The notes: generated from the letters alone by a model not told the origin. 64,000 nucleotides of DNA from Candidatus Altiarchaeales archaeon (GCA_014727915.1 WJMO01000006.1:472762-536761); one strand, 5' to 3'. Positions 9,428 to 18,522 are shown, numbered from the stretch's first letter. Numbers and translations are program-made.

Positions 9428-11197
9428 ATGGCTGCTACGAGGAGGGTTGAGAGAATAGGATTTGACGGGGATCTGCCCAGGATCATAGCACACCCCGTGG
9501 ACGAGCAGATAGTCGTATTAAGGAACCCCGACGTGCCCTTCAGGAGGGATGGGAAACATGTTGAAGGCCCGGTGGTCATGACCCGCGGGGGCATAGGCTA
9601 CGTCGTCGGCAGCAACAGATTAGACGCCAGGGACGAAAGCCCTGAAAGAGCAGCCGAACTAGTCCGGATGAAGGATAGCATGGACCGGGGGGAGATCACC
9701 ATAACAACACCATATGATATCTACACCGGCGGACTTTTCGGGGACAAGAGCAAACTGGCGATCGTGTTCACAAGCGGGGGGGAAGGGTCGAGCATCGGAG
9801 TCAACAACGCGGAGGTCACACGGGAACTGAGCAGCACACACGTCGTCCTAGGAGCATGGCAGGGCTTCCAGGCAGGGGTGAAGACAACAGAGGAGTTCGC
9901 AAGACAGCTTACCGTGTTAAACGACCCGGCAACCACCGAGAGGATGAGCCGCACGGGAGGCTCCACCCTTGGAATGTCACGCACAAAGGTCAGATTCGAC
10001 TCCGAAAATCCAGAGGACATAGAGGCTGCTGAAAACCTCTTCACCAACGTGCGATACGTGGGCGTAGTATTCGGGAACGGGGGCGGAGACCACACACAGA
10101 ACTTCATGAACTTGTACCTGAAGGCGCAGGCAGAGGGGGCAAGCCAGATTGTCATAGGAGTGACGCCGAAGAGCATGGACAACGACCTGGCAATAAATTT
10201 AAACGACGGGACAATCGCCAACTCACTGATGCTGGGATTCCCAACAACCGCGTATGTTATGCGCCGGCACTTCCTGGACGAGATGCAGAGCGCAGCCGGA
10301 GCAGGACGCGGCACGGTGGGGTTCTTCTTCGGACGCGGAGCGGGATGGACCGTCCTGGGAGCCATAAGGAACGACATGGAATACAGGGAGAATATGCGGG
10401 AGGACGGCATATTGACGGCGGACATGGAGAACAAGATGGACAGCCTCGGACCGCGGACGATAGGATTGGTGCCCGAGTATCCGGTGTCAATACCCTACTT
10501 CGCAGCCTCGATTAACAAAATCTACAACGAGGGTAGCATAGACGGGCAGGGAGGGGAAGTCAGGGACAAGTTCGTCGGAGTCGCAGTATCCGAAGGCTTC
10601 ATGTTCACGGAACTGATCTCCGAATTCGAAAGGCTCACCAGGGAGAGGGAGGAGGGAAGGCTCACTGAAGAAATCGTCATCGAAAAGGTGTCCAGAAACG
10701 ATTTGGAAGACCTGATAGAGGACGAGAACGTCAAGAGGATAATGGGTGAAAACCCGGAGATGGCCAAGAAATTCTTCGAACAAGTGATGAAGCCCAAACT
10801 GGACGTCTGGGAACACCCCAAAGTTGACTTCGGACCCCAGTTCGTGCACGCGGTGATGAACAGCAGCCTAACGGACGTGCCGAAAAACAATTATGCAGAG
10901 ATAAAATACGAGGCGCGCACCGGAGAGACCGTACCCGCCGACCGGGCCCTGGGAGAGGTCACCGGCAGGGTGGAAGCCGAGACTATAAGAGCCGGCAGGT
11001 CGGGGGTGACCACTGTGACTTATGAGGCGGGCGAAGACCCGTTACTGATAGACCCCCGCAAGCGGGGGGCAAGCTTCATACCCTTCGAGGACATAGCCGG
11101 GATGAGCGAAGACCAGAACAACCTAAGGACTTTGGACCCCAACTACCTCAGAAAGCTGGGGATACTCATCGAACCCCATTTTGAGATGCCAGCCTAA
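9428..11197 (+). CDS. Phosphofructokinase-A family protein, divergent long form (possibly PPi-dependent), substrate uncertain
   Basis: PFK motifs recognisable but altered: FTSGGEGSSIGVNNA (for TSGGDAPGMNAA), GNGGGDHT (for GGDGS), PKSMDNDL (for PGTIDNDI), RTGGSTLG, VMRRH (for MGR). Extra roughly 90-aa N-terminal and 200-aa C-terminal extensions. Confidence 0.55.
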   Translation: MAATRRVERIGFDGDLPRIIAHPVDEQIVVLRNPDVPFRRDGKHVEGPVVMTRGGIGYVVGSNRLDARDESPERAAELVRMKDSMDRGEITITTPYDIYTGGLFGDKSKLAIVFTSGGEGSSIGVNNAEVTRELSSTHVVLGAWQGFQAGVKTTEEFARQLTVLNDPATTERMSRTGGSTLGMSRTKVRFDSENPEDIEAAENLFTNVRYVGVVFGNGGGDHTQNFMNLYLKAQAEGASQIVIGVTPKSMDNDLAINLNDGTIANSLMLGFPTTAYVMRRHFLDEMQSAAGAGRGTVGFFFGRGAGWTVLGAIRNDMEYRENMREDGILTADMENKMDSLGPRTIGLVPEYPVSIPYFAASINKIYNEGSIDGQGGEVRDKFVGVAVSEGFMFTELISEFERLTREREEGRLTEEIVIEKVSRNDLEDLIEDENVKRIMGENPEMAKKFFEQVMKPKLDVWEHPKVDFGPQFVHAVMNSSLTDVPKNNYAEIKYEARTGETVPADRALGEVTGRVEAETIRAGRSGVTTVTYEAGEDPLLIDPRKRGASFIPFEDIAGMSEDQNNLRTLDPNYLRKLGILIEPHFEMPA

Positions 11198-11386
11198 CAA
11201 GATTGTCAGGTTAGGTTGTTGGGGTTCCCCTGGCAGTTGACGCCGTTTTTCATGTGTCAAAGCACACTATTTTTTTATTATCACATCACCAACCACAGAA
11301 TTACCCGCGAGCCCACCGTGTGGGCGCGCATCCATCACACTTTAGAGAACCCCAGAATAGCTATGGGAATACAACGATAAAAAGAC

Positions 11387-12931
11387 TTAGTGGAGGAAGC
11401 AGCGCACGCCGGTGAAGACCATGGCCATCCCATGCTCGTCCGCGGCCTTGATGACCTCCTCGTCCCGTATGCTGCCCCCCGGCTGTATGACCGCGGTGAC
11501 GCCGGCTTTCGCAGCCTCGTCGATGCCGTCACGGAAGGGGAAGAAGGCGTCCGACGCCATCACCGAGCCCTTGGCCAAATCCCCCGCCTTCATTGCGGCG
11601 ATCTTCACCGCGTCAACCCGGCTCATCTGGCCGGCCCCCACGCCAACGGTCCGGTCACTGTTTGAGAGGATTATGGAATTGGACTTGGTGTGCTTGCACA
11701 CCTTCCAAGCGAACAGCATGGCCTCTACCTCGTCGTCTGTGGGCTTTCGCTTGCCGACGGCCTTAAGGTCTGATTTCACTAAATCCTTCAAGTCGGTCGT
11801 CTGCAGCAGTAATCCGCCAACGACCCTGCGGACGTCCAATGCGTTCTTGTTGGCCTTCCTTATCTGCCCCACCTCCAACACGCGCATGTTCTTCTTCCTT
11901 TTCAATGTCTCCAACACCTCCTCAGAGTATGCGGGAGCGGCAACCAGCTCGACGAACGTGGAGGTGATGTCCTCAGCGGTCTTCGCATCCGGCTGGCGGT
12001 TCAACGCCACGATGCACCCGAACGCGCTAGTGGGGTCCGCGCTGTGAGCGAGCTCGTATGCTTTGGAGATGTTATCAGCCACACCCACACCAGAGGGGTT
12101 CAAATGCTTCACGATAACGGCTGCAGGGCGGTCGAACTCCTTCACCAGCTCCAATGCGCTGTTGACGTCTATGAGGTTGTTGAATGATAGGTGCTTGCCC
12201 CCCGCGACGAGGCGGGTCTTGGAGACTATTCCTTCCCCGGCGTTGTCATAGTAGTACGCGGCCATCTGATGGGGGTTCTCCCCATAGCGGAGGTCGTATG
12301 CTTTCTCAAGGTTTATGCTGAAATGCTGTGGGAAACTGCCGGGCTCGTACTCCTGACTCAAGTACCTGCTTATCGTCGAATCGTATCTTGCGGTGTGGCT
12401 GAACGCCTTGACAGCCAACGCATTCCTCGTCTCCCCCGAGACGCCCCCGGACTTTCGCATCTCCTCCAATACGAGCCCGTAGTCGGAGGGGTCGGTGACG
12501 ACTGTCACATGCTTGTGGTTCTTGGCAGCTGCGCGGACGAGAGTCGGGCCACCTACGTCTATCATCTCCAACGCATCATCCAAGGTTACATCCTCCTTTA
12601 GAATGGTCTGCTCGAAGGGGTATAGGTTCACCACCACCAGGTCTATGGGCTCGATGACCTGCTCCTTCAACTGGCGCATGTGCTCCCCGCTATCCCTCCG
12701 CGCCAGGATGCCCGCGTGGATCTTAGGATGCAAGGTCTTGACCCGCCCGTCCAGCATCTCAGGGGACTCGGTGACATCAGACACCCTTACGACAGGCAGG
12801 CCAGCATCAGACAACACCTTAGCCGTGCCACCGGACGATATCAGCTTCACCCCGAGCTCATGAAGGCCCCTGGCAAAATCCACAACACCGTCCTTGTCAT
12901 ACACGCTGAACAACGCAGTCGCAGCCTTCAA
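11387..12931 (-). CDS. purH: Bifunctional AICAR formyltransferase / IMP cyclohydrolase
   Basis: 514 aa. MGS-like N-domain (SVYDKDG..LISSGGTAK) followed by an AICARFT domain. Confidence 0.85.
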   Translation of the reverse strand: MKAATALFSVYDKDGVVDFARGLHELGVKLISSGGTAKVLSDAGLPVVRVSDVTESPEMLDGRVKTLHPKIHAGILARRDSGEHMRQLKEQVIEPIDLVVVNLYPFEQTILKEDVTLDDALEMIDVGGPTLVRAAAKNHKHVTVVTDPSDYGLVLEEMRKSGGVSGETRNALAVKAFSHTARYDSTISRYLSQEYEPGSFPQHFSINLEKAYDLRYGENPHQMAAYYYDNAGEGIVSKTRLVAGGKHLSFNNLIDVNSALELVKEFDRPAAVIVKHLNPSGVGVADNISKAYELAHSADPTSAFGCIVALNRQPDAKTAEDITSTFVELVAAPAYSEEVLETLKRKKNMRVLEVGQIRKANKNALDVRRVVGGLLLQTTDLKDLVKSDLKAVGKRKPTDDEVEAMLFAWKVCKHTKSNSIILSNSDRTVGVGAGQMSRVDAVKIAAMKAGDLAKGSVMASDAFFPFRDGIDEAAKAGVTAVIQPGGSIRDEEVIKAADEHGMAMVFTGVRCFLH

Positions 12932-12973
12932 CCTAAAACACCAGTAAAAAACTAAGGACTAACCAGTATAAAA

Positions 12974-13807
12974 CTACTCGACCGCTTGCGCAGCCTTTAA
13001 TGTGTTCTCCAAAAGCATGGCTATGGTCATCGGGCCCGCGCCGCCTGGGACGGGGCTTATGTACGAGCATTTGTCTTTGACTTTCTCAAAATCCACGTCG
13101 CCGACGGTTTCGCTATCTTTTTTCGCCACCCCCACGTCAACGACGACCGCGCCCTCCTTCACCATGTCCTCCTTGATCAGGTGCGGGACTCCCGTCGCAG
13201 GCACGAGTATGTCAGCACGCCTCGTGTGAAACCCTAGGTCTTCTGTCTTCACATGGCAGACTGTCACGGTAGCGAACCGGTTGAGGAACAGCATGGCCAA
13301 CGGCTTCCCCACCACAGTACTATGGTTGACTATCACAACCTCCCTGCCCTCAACAGGAATCTCATACTCGTCCAATAATCTTATCACGCCCTTTGGGGTG
13401 GCTGCTACCATGCGCTCATCACCGGCCATAAGCTCCCCCATGCTCCGGGGGTGGAAGCCGTCAACGTCCTTCGAGTGCGACACCGCGGCTAACACACGGT
13501 TTACGTTGATGTTGTCAGGTAGCGGGAGCTGCACGAGGATGCCATGGACTTCCTTGTCTTTGTTCAACCCATCAATCACAGACAACAGCTCTTCCTCGGA
13601 CACATCCTCGGATAGGTCTCTGCGGACAGAATGAAAACCAGCTTCCCGGCAGGCCCGGTCCTTCATGCCGACATACATCCTAGAAGCAGGGTCACCGCCG
13701 ACGAGGACAGTTGCAAGACCTGGTTTAACGCCAAGTTTAGAGGCTTTCTCCTTCAGCTCGGCCCTTACCCTGGCCGAGACCGCCTTGCCATCCAAGATTA
13801 CAGTCAT
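12974..13807 (-). CDS. folD: Methylene-THF dehydrogenase / methenyl-THF cyclohydrolase
   Basis: 277 aa, [12 protein letters not shown]-terminus and PGGVGPMT motif. Its start ATG overlaps the glyA stop as ATGA (13804-13807). Confidence 0.85.
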   Translation of the reverse strand: MTVILDGKAVSARVRAELKEKASKLGVKPGLATVLVGGDPASRMYVGMKDRACREAGFHSVRRDLSEDVSEEELLSVIDGLNKDKEVHGILVQLPLPDNINVNRVLAAVSHSKDVDGFHPRSMGELMAGDERMVAATPKGVIRLLDEYEIPVEGREVVIVNHSTVVGKPLAMLFLNRFATVTVCHVKTEDLGFHTRRADILVPATGVPHLIKEDMVKEGAVVVDVGVAKKDSETVGDVDFEKVKDKCSYISPVPGGAGPMTIAMLLENTLKAAQAVE

Positions 13808-15051
13808 TTGTAGACCGGAAACTTACTGCAGAGGCTGCCAACCTCCGCCTTCACCTTATCCCTTACCTTCTCGCTCGAGGGGTCCGATAACACTTCGCTT
13901 ATCCAGGAGCCGATCAAGTTCATCTCAGACTCGCCCATACCCCTGACAGTGACCGAAGGGGTGCCAACCCTTATCCCAGAGGTGACGAACGGCTTCTCAT
14001 TGTCGTAGGGTACGGTGTTCTTGTTCAAGGTTATGCCTGCCGCGCCCAACGACTCCTCAGCCAGCTTCCCAGTGAGTCCCTTGTTCGAAAGGTCCGCCAG
14101 AATGAGATGGTTGTCCGTCCCGCCCGACACCAAGTCGAAACCATTATCAGAGAGTGTTGAGGCCATTGCCTTGCTGTTCTTCACCACCTGCTCCATCACC
14201 TTCTTCCTCTCACTTGTCATGTTCTCCTTGAAGCAAACGGCCTTCGCAGCGATTATGTGCATGAACGGCCCGCCCTGACACCCGGGGAAAACCGCACGGT
14301 CAACGTCCTTCGCATGCTCTTCCCGGCACATTATCATCGCGCCCCGGGGGCCCATCAGCGTCTTATGGGTTGTGGTAGTGATATAGTCCGCATATCTCAC
14401 AGGCGACGGATGAACTCCCGCAGCAACCAATCCTGCGATGTGAGCGATGTCCGCCAACAGCAACGCGCCGACGTCGTCGGCAATCTCCCGGAACTCCTTG
14501 AAAGGCACAGTCCTCGGGTAGGCGCTGTATCCGCAGACGATGATCTGGGGCTTCACCTCCCGGGCCCGGGCGAGCACCTCATCATATTCTATCACACCCG
14601 TCTCCTTGCTGACGGTGTAGAACTCCCCCTTGTAGATTTTCCCGGACTCGTTTATTTTGTAGCCGTGACTGAGGTGGCCGCCGTGGCTCAGCTCCATGGA
14701 CAGTATCTTGTCCCCTGGCTTCAACGCCGCAAGATACACGGCAAGGTTGGCCTGGGTGCCGCTGTGGGGCTGCACGTTAACATGATCAGCGCCGAATACC
14801 TTCTTGGCCCTTTCTATGGCCAGGTCCTCAACCAAATCGACGTTCTCACAACCCCCATAGTATCGCTTATGAGGATAACCTTCAGCGTACTTGTTGGTCA
14901 TCACGGAAGAGCATGCCTCGCGCACCGCCTGCGATGTGAGGCTCTCCGAGGCTATGAGGTTTATGCCCTCCTGCCGCCTCTCCTCCGCCCCTATAGCCTC
15001 CAAAACCCGGGGGTCAACCTCCGCCAAACTCCTGTAAAACGAAACGTCCAT
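13804..15051 (-). CDS. glyA: Serine hydroxymethyltransferase
   Basis: PLP-fold SHMT motifs ([27 protein letters not shown]). Start placed at the internal Met (MDVSFYRS); the ORF as given begins 15 codons earlier, at 15096. Confidence 0.8.
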   Translation of the reverse strand: MDVSFYRSLAEVDPRVLEAIGAEERRQEGINLIASESLTSQAVREACSSVMTNKYAEGYPHKRYYGGCENVDLVEDLAIERAKKVFGADHVNVQPHSGTQANLAVYLAALKPGDKILSMELSHGGHLSHGYKINESGKIYKGEFYTVSKETGVIEYDEVLARAREVKPQIIVCGYSAYPRTVPFKEFREIADDVGALLLADIAHIAGLVAAGVHPSPVRYADYITTTTHKTLMGPRGAMIMCREEHAKDVDRAVFPGCQGGPFMHIIAAKAVCFKENMTSERKKVMEQVVKNSKAMASTLSDNGFDLVSGGTDNHLILADLSNKGLTGKLAEESLGAAGITLNKNTVPYDNEKPFVTSGIRVGTPSVTVRGMGESEMNLIGSWISEVLSDPSSEKVRDKVKAEVGSLCSKFPVYK

Positions 15052-15212
15052 GAGGATACAATATATGGGACCCATATTATAATAAAAACAGGACAAAACC
15101 GGATTTCACAATAGTTTAAACAATTATATGAACTATTAAAAGGAAAACAGGTATAATTCAAACAAAGACAAGCCTTATATTGCCATCCTCCCTACTACTA
15201 TAAGCTGTTTCT

Positions 15213-15293
15213 GGGCCTGTAGCCTAGCGGATGCTGCTCACATGCGTTCGCGCAGACGAAACTGCAACAGCAGTCTAGCCTAAGGCGACAGCC
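15213..15293 (+). repeat. Partial direct copy of the tRNA-Arg 5' half (positions 1-20 and 21-32) interrupted by a 49-nt insertion carrying a UUCG hairpin
   Basis: GGGCCTGTAGCCTAGCGGAT ... AAGGCGACAGCC matches nt 1-32 of the downstream tRNA. The insert (15233-15281) contains TGCG-TTCG-CGCA and a GCTGCT/AGCAGT stem. A TATA-like cttatatt lies about 35 nt upstream. Confidence 0.5.
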
Positions 15294-15326
15294 CAAAATA
15301 GAAAACATAGAAGGAAGCACATTCAC

Positions 15327-15478
15327 GGGCCTGTAGCCTAGCGGATAAGGCGACAGCCTTCTACGAGCCCCTTTCTTTTAAAAAAAGAAAGGTGCTTCAC
15401 CCCCAAAGAAAAAAATAGGGTGGTGAGGAAGGGTTCGGGGATAGCTGTAGATCATGGGTTCGAATCCCATCAGGCCCA
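15327..15478 (+). tRNA. tRNA-Arg (anticodon TCT) with a 79-nt intron at the canonical 37/38 position (intron 15364-15442)
   Basis: Hand-folded cloverleaf: acceptor GGGCCTG/CAGGCCC, D-arm GCCT-AGCGGATA-AGGC, anticodon stem ACAGC/GCTGT with loop CTTCTA|A, 5-nt variable loop, T-arm ATGGG-TTCGAAT-CCCAT, discriminator A, no encoded CCA. The intron holds a perfect 9-bp hairpin CTTTCTTTT-aaa-AAAAGAAAG. Confidence 0.7.
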
Positions 15479-15490
15479 CAAGAATTTTTT

Positions 15491-16966
15491 ATGTTGGGGT
15501 TAAGGGGTTTTATTTCCATCATTTTAATCCCTAATATGCGCTTATGTTGTCTGATAGTCCTTATCCTCATTTTCTCAGGCTGTATGGGAGGATATGACAA
15601 AACAGAAGAATCAAAGCCAGACAATTATTGTGAAACCGATCGAGATTGCAGCCCTCTCGGATGTTGTTGTCCTAAAAAATGTACGGGTTCAGTATATGCC
15701 AGCCAGTACTATTATGAAAACTGTAAAGGGAAACCCTGTCCAGAAGTAGTATGTAACCCTGTTGTGACATGCACTTGTGAAAATAACATGTGTAAAACAC
15801 ACAAAGATAGTGTATTCAAAAAAACCACTTCATCAACTCAATCCACCACGACAACTTTGAAGATTGGGACTGATTATTCTGAACTAATCCACATGTATAC
15901 TGACAAATTCGACTCAAACAGTTCTATAATCAAATGCCAAAATGATGATGACTGTATCTTAGTCCCAAATATTGGTAGTTGTAATGCTGGTGGCATAAAT
16001 ATAGCCATCAATAAGGATTTCCAAGAGGGGTGGAACAAGCAACTAAATGAAGAACGTAGAGGGATGGTGTTTGCAGGAGTCATGTCGCAGCATTCATCAT
16101 GTTTCTCAAATCCAGTTTGTAACGATAATAAATGCACGACTGAGATTAACAATACAATGATTTGCAGTCAACAGGATATTCGTGGAAACTGTGAAAATCC
16201 TGCATATGCGAATAACTGGAAAAAGGAACTGGGTATACGATGTGAAGATCTTAATGCAATATGTCAGTGGGGGATAGGGAATATCAATGCATCAGACTTC
16301 ATAAATTGGGATGAGAACTTCGGGTCGTGGGGGGATGAATACGGGACATTCATCCAACTTAGAGATTTTAGCGGATATGAGTACGACCTAAACTCCTCGG
16401 TGGACGAAAAATTAAAGGTCTACGCATTACGTCGTGAGAAAAGCAGGAATATATCAAAGGAGTTCATAGCTTTCCTGAAGCAGTTGGATGTGAGTATAGA
16501 TGAGGATAGGAGTTTCGGGAAGATAATGGTTGTCGGAGGACGAAAAGATGACATGCAAAAGGTCATCTTCCACCCCTATGTCGAGTCATATTCCAGAGAT
16601 AACCCGGGATTCCCGGAGGATATTTTCACAGAAACTGAGCTGAAATATTGCATGACTGATGATGACTGCATAAGTATTGAAGCATATAGGAATGGATGTA
16701 CGGCCGGTGGGACATCAATACCCATGAATAAAAAATTCAAGGAGTATTGGACCGATAAGAGATTGTCAGATACTCTTTTTACAGGAACTACTGGGGTGCT
16801 ATCCTTCCATTGGTCCTGTTTTGCAATCCCAAAATGTCTGAACCATAGGTGTGCATTAGTCAATACAACGTGTTCAAGTCCTGAGGATTGTGACGGAGGA
16901 TACTACTACGAAAAGTTCAGTGAAGGAATAATATGCAAAGACAATAAATGTTATGGGGATATTTAG
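15491..16966 (+). CDS. Cys-rich secreted (lipo)protein with two internal roughly 70-aa repeats (CxxDDDC...AGG...NK.F.E.W...SCF..P.C module)
   Basis: Signal peptide with an FSGC lipobox-like motif. Paired segments CQNDDDCILVPNIGSCNAGGINIAINKDFQEGW... and CMTDDDCISIEAYRNGCTAGGTSIPMNKKFKEYW.... N- and C-terminal Cys knots. Low-GC codon usage. Confidence 0.5.
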   Translation: MLGLRGFISIILIPNMRLCCLIVLILIFSGCMGGYDKTEESKPDNYCETDRDCSPLGCCCPKKCTGSVYASQYYYENCKGKPCPEVVCNPVVTCTCENNMCKTHKDSVFKKTTSSTQSTTTTLKIGTDYSELIHMYTDKFDSNSSIIKCQNDDDCILVPNIGSCNAGGINIAINKDFQEGWNKQLNEERRGMVFAGVMSQHSSCFSNPVCNDNKCTTEINNTMICSQQDIRGNCENPAYANNWKKELGIRCEDLNAICQWGIGNINASDFINWDENFGSWGDEYGTFIQLRDFSGYEYDLNSSVDEKLKVYALRREKSRNISKEFIAFLKQLDVSIDEDRSFGKIMVVGGRKDDMQKVIFHPYVESYSRDNPGFPEDIFTETELKYCMTDDDCISIEAYRNGCTAGGTSIPMNKKFKEYWTDKRLSDTLFTGTTGVLSFHWSCFAIPKCLNHRCALVNTTCSSPEDCDGGYYYEKFSEGIICKDNKCYGDI

Positions 16967-17086
16967 GCTTCAAAAAAGGTTCTATTTTTGTCTAATAGTT
17001 GTTCCAGACTAACTTATAGTGACTATATATTGCAATAATCTATATTATAGATATCGAGAAAAATTATATATTGTAAAAGATATATT

Positions 17087-18256
17087 ATGAAAAGGAGTGA
17101 TTTTCCAGCCCCAAATGGCAGGTTTTCAAAGAATTCCGATGGAGACCTTACATTCATCCCAAACAGGATAATCCGGGATATTGAGGGACTATACTCTTCG
17201 GAGATAGTGAGCCTTCTTTCAAAGGCTGACAGGATGCTTGGTTCCCTGGACCGGTGTAGTCAAAGCGACCCGAACATTGACTTCCTCGTCGCGCCCTACA
17301 TACGGCTCGAGGCTGTCGCGAGCTCAAGAATCGAGGGGACTCAGACAACTTTAACGGACTACTACAAGCTGGAGGCAGAAAAGAAAGGGGAACACGACCC
17401 GGACTATATCGAGGTCAACAACTACATCAAAACGATGATGGCAGGCTTTGAGAGGGTCATTGGCGGACAAAAAATCGACCTCCCCTTCGTCAAATCACTT
17501 CATAAGACCCTTGTAGCGGGAAGCGAGCGCACAAAGGGGGTTCCCGGCCATGTCAGGACGAAACAGAACTGGATAGCCCCCATGAACTCGCCGATAGAGC
17601 TTGCGACATATGTCCCACCAGATCCAATTAAACTGGAGCCCCTGCTAAAGGATATGCAAGGATTCATCCTGAAAGACGATGACATCCCGCCGCTCATAAA
17701 GACGGCATTGATACACTATCAGTTCGAGGCGATACACCCGTTCGAAGACGGAAATGGGAGGGTCGGGAGAATCATCAACTCCCTCTACCTCGGCCAGGCA
17801 GGATGCCTCCACAGCCCGATCCTGTTTTTGAGCTTCTATTTCCAAAAGCACAGGGACGAATACTGGGCGAGGTTGTTGAGGACCAGCCAGCAAAGCGACT
17901 TCGACGGATGGCTTAGATTCTTTTTGAAGGGCATTATAGAGCAATCGCAAAGGTCTATAGAGCTTTCAAACAAGATAGAAGGGTTGCATACCAGCTATCA
18001 GGAACGTCTTGAGAAAAAGAGGGTCACAGCGACCACATTAAAGGCTTTGAGGCTGCTTTTCACAGGCAACCCATTCGTGTATATGACCGAGCTTGCAAGG
18101 GAGCTGGACGTCCATCTTCCGACGGCAAAGAAGGCGATAACACAGCTTGAGAAAGAAGGCATCCTGAAGCAATCAAAGGTCAAAAAGCCAGCAATCTACT
18201 TCGCCCCCGAGATAATAGATACATTACGGAAGGCTGAAAAGGAAATGCTCAAATAA
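17087..18256 (+). CDS. Fic/DOC family protein (probable AMPylator) with a C-terminal winged helix
   Basis: Canonical Fic motif HPFEDGNGRVGR (HxFx[DE]GNGRxxR). 389 aa. Confidence 0.8.
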   Translation: MKRSDFPAPNGRFSKNSDGDLTFIPNRIIRDIEGLYSSEIVSLLSKADRMLGSLDRCSQSDPNIDFLVAPYIRLEAVASSRIEGTQTTLTDYYKLEAEKKGEHDPDYIEVNNYIKTMMAGFERVIGGQKIDLPFVKSLHKTLVAGSERTKGVPGHVRTKQNWIAPMNSPIELATYVPPDPIKLEPLLKDMQGFILKDDDIPPLIKTALIHYQFEAIHPFEDGNGRVGRIINSLYLGQAGCLHSPILFLSFYFQKHRDEYWARLLRTSQQSDFDGWLRFFLKGIIEQSQRSIELSNKIEGLHTSYQERLEKKRVTATTLKALRLLFTGNPFVYMTELARELDVHLPTAKKAITQLEKEGILKQSKVKKPAIYFAPEIIDTLRKAEKEMLK

Positions 18257-18522
18257 CGCTCACAAGGACGCAAAAAAGGGAGTACGTACTGGTGGGGTGG
18301 TCAGGCATCAGGCCCGCATCAAATTAGATTAGACCAGGGGTTCGAACGCTCGGAAACCGAAGGTTTCCGGCGCGCCAAAATCCGCAGGCTTTTGAGCGTC
18401 CCATCAGGCCCGATACAGGATAATAATTGGGTGAGTGTTTGCTTGAGGCCGAAACACACTTTTTTTCCGTTGGAAAAAACCGACCCAGCTGGCGCAGGGA
18501 ATAAAGACCCGAGTCAGGTGTG

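Larger units (their letters stand above)
15479..18412. mobile_element. Low-GC genomic island (integrated-element remnant?) abutting the tRNA-Arg 3' end and ending in copies of the tRNA 3' end
   Basis: GC drops to about 40-48% against 55-58% in flanking DNA. Cargo is a Cys-rich secreted protein and a Fic protein. CATCAGGCCC (the tRNA T-stem/acceptor 3' strand) recurs at 18306-18316 and 18399-18412, with a T-loop-like GGGGTTCGAA at 18337-18346. No integrase is present. Confidence 0.4.

Noticed and set aside
9721-10434. 237-aa minus-strand ORF antisense to the PFK-like gene (also 10487-10890)
   Set aside because: Ser/Pro/Thr-rich low-complexity translation. The sense frame has recognisable PFK motifs.
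11412-12047. 211-aa plus-strand ORF antisense to purH (also 12191-12863)
   Set aside because: Antisense to a strongly supported gene, with Ser/Thr/Ala-rich low-complexity composition.
14257-15114. 285-aa plus-strand ORF antisense to glyA
   Set aside because: Antisense to SHMT. Arg/His/Leu-rich composition with no motifs.
15213-18412. Split or permuted tRNA (Nanoarchaeum-type) formed by the upstream 5'-half copy and the downstream 3'-end-like repeats
   Set aside because: The downstream repeats share only 10-13 nt with the tRNA 3' end and do not fold into a usable T-arm. No complementary leader/trailer pairing was seen between the candidate halves. A complete intron-containing gene is present, which makes remnant att-site copies the simpler explanation.
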